The translations under genes were made by a program, and so were the position numbers. 64,000 nucleotides of DNA, taken from positions 32,001-96,000 of the forward strand of contig CAVUDP010000001.1 of the NCBI GenBank assembly GCA_963740315.1, written 5' to 3'. Below, piece by piece: positions 62,564-64,000 of this stretch (position 1 is the stretch's first letter; each line of letters starts with the position of its first letter). The notes below the pieces were generated by a model that was not told the origin of the DNA, did not search any database, and was given only the letters and a program-made list of their open reading frames with translations. The stretch comes from an uncultured cyanobacterium (GTDB lineage: Bacteria; Cyanobacteriota; Cyanobacteriia; Cyanobacteriales; Nostocaceae).

Positions 62564-63985
62564 TCAAGTTAAATGCATAAATACCATTTTGAGTAAATCT
62601 GCACGAGTAAAAGGTTTAGTTAAATAGCCCGATGCTCCTACTAGTCTGGCTTTTACTTTGTCTACAAAACCTTTACTACCTGTTACCATAACAATAGGAG
62701 TATTTTTGAACTTAGAGTTGTTTCGTATTATCCGGCACAATTCATAACCATCAATTCCTTCCATATTTAAATCTAATAAAATTAAATCGGGCTGATGTCG
62801 AATAATTGACATTACAGCTTTTAAAGGATTATCGATGGTAACAACAGAGAAACTTTCATCTTCTAAAAAACGACTAATTTCTTTGAGCATTACCGGACTA
62901 TCATCTACAGAAACTATTTTATAAATTTTCCGTGGTGGTGCTTCCGTAGGAGTAGGCTGTGGATTATTTGGCTTTGTATTTTCAAGTTCAACTTGTTCTT
63001 TAGCAGGAGAAGGAGCAACCTGTTGAATTGTTACTTTATTAACAGGTATCTTCTGTTTTGGAGGAGCGCTTGGTTTTGGTTTAGTAGTTGTTTTTAACGA
63101 TTCTATTGTGTTAGATGTGTTAGATACAGCGTGATTATTAATAGATTGGGTTATTGGGATACTATAGGATATTTCACTATCAGTTTTTGGTAGTTTTTCA
63201 AAAGGTGGATCTGGTTCATGTAATAAAATTGCTCCACTCTGGATATAAGGATATAAACTCCGCGCTAACTGAAGTTCATCTTGATTCATAATGACAGCAA
63301 GATGACGGAGACTAAATCCTTTCATCCAATTGACTAAATTCGGCTGAATTTCAGATATTTTCTGGACTTGAGTTTTTGTATTAATCCATAAATAAGGACG
63401 TTGAAATGGAGAAGTAATTTGTGGGTTAAGTTGTTGCCAAAAATGCAATCTATCTTGAGAAACTAATAATAATTTTTCGGCATCAAGTCGGCAAATTTTT
63501 GGAGATAAAATTAGACTTTGATGAAATTCGTAAGTACCTTTTTTAATTAATAAAAATGATTCAACTACTTCTTTGACTAACTCTTGAATTAATATAGCTG
63601 CCTGTGTTGGATTCAAATATCTTTGGGTTACTAACCAGCAAATAGCTTGATAATCTGAAGGTTGTTGAGGGGATATTGATTCTGGTACATTTTCTACAGT
63701 TTGAACTGACTTCCGCAGCGAATCCGGTTCAAACATCATGCGTAACTGTACGCGAATTTCGCTGGTTAAAATCGGTATCTGAACCGAAAGCCGACGCAGG
63801 TGACGTTCAAGTCTATCGAAAGGTTCTATACTATGAGTTGCGTAAGCTATTTTTCCTTCTTCCAAATAAATCCACCAGTTAACCGAATTACTTTGAACTT
63901 GCAAACAAGTATTTTCAAAGCAACTAGACAAATGTCTTAACAAACTTAAGGGAGGCAATTTTGTGAAAGTTGCAAAATTATTCAT
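62564..63985 (-). CDS. PatA-family response regulator (PATAN/DUF4388 + linker + receiver; PilG/PixG-like)
   Basis: N-terminal W.IYLEEGKIAYATHS, SPFQRPY; C-terminal receiver VDDS, LLDLNM, GYLTKP. Confidence 0.88.
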   Translation of the reverse strand: MNNFATFTKLPPLSLLRHLSSCFENTCLQVQSNSVNWWIYLEEGKIAYATHSIEPFDRLERHLRRLSVQIPILTSEIRVQLRMMFEPDSLRKSVQTVENVPESISPQQPSDYQAICWLVTQRYLNPTQAAILIQELVKEVVESFLLIKKGTYEFHQSLILSPKICRLDAEKLLLVSQDRLHFWQQLNPQITSPFQRPYLWINTKTQVQKISEIQPNLVNWMKGFSLRHLAVIMNQDELQLARSLYPYIQSGAILLHEPDPPFEKLPKTDSEISYSIPITQSINNHAVSNTSNTIESLKTTTKPKPSAPPKQKIPVNKVTIQQVAPSPAKEQVELENTKPNNPQPTPTEAPPRKIYKIVSVDDSPVMLKEISRFLEDESFSVVTIDNPLKAVMSIIRHQPDLILLDLNMEGIDGYELCRIIRNNSKFKNTPIVMVTGSKGFVDKVKARLVGASGYLTKPFTRADLLKMVFMHLT

Positions 63986-64000
63986 AATCGATCGATAATT

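Overview
AT-rich chromosomal segment of a filamentous, probably heterocystous (Nostocales/Rivulariaceae-like) cyanobacterium. This is inferred from abundant HIP1 octamers (GCGATCGC), heptamer STRR arrays, psbB-psbT, hormogonium-polysaccharide (hps) glycosyltransferases and xisH/xisI. Housekeeping genes (ylqF/rbgA, fbaB, ygfZ, cysK, 1-Cys peroxiredoxin, glmM, heme oxygenase, cobW, rps1, psbB/T, dppA/B-like, pheT) are mixed with signalling genes (CyaD-like cyclase, Ser/Thr kinase, AAA-WD40, PatA-family and CheY-like regulators) and accessory genes. The strongest candidate for an undescribed system is the 50.5-58.5 kb accessory block: a signal-less PhoD-like metallophosphatase directly upstream of a NACHT-HEAT NTPase, flanked by a stand-alone restriction-fold gene, an orphan antitoxin and xisHI. 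The second candidate is a transporter-less SBP-vWA + SBP + lipoprotein operon. The intergenic DNA holds many small repeats: several GTAG-hairpin (REP-like) families, a MITE with target-site duplication nested in a REP, and a 24-bp double-hairpin element inserted in frame into a HIP1 site. Repeats also supply the stop codons of several genes. Two genes carry single-base frameshifts (kinase, xisH). No rRNA, tRNA, CRISPR array or intact transposase was found. All protein assignments are by motif recognition from memory, not database searches.
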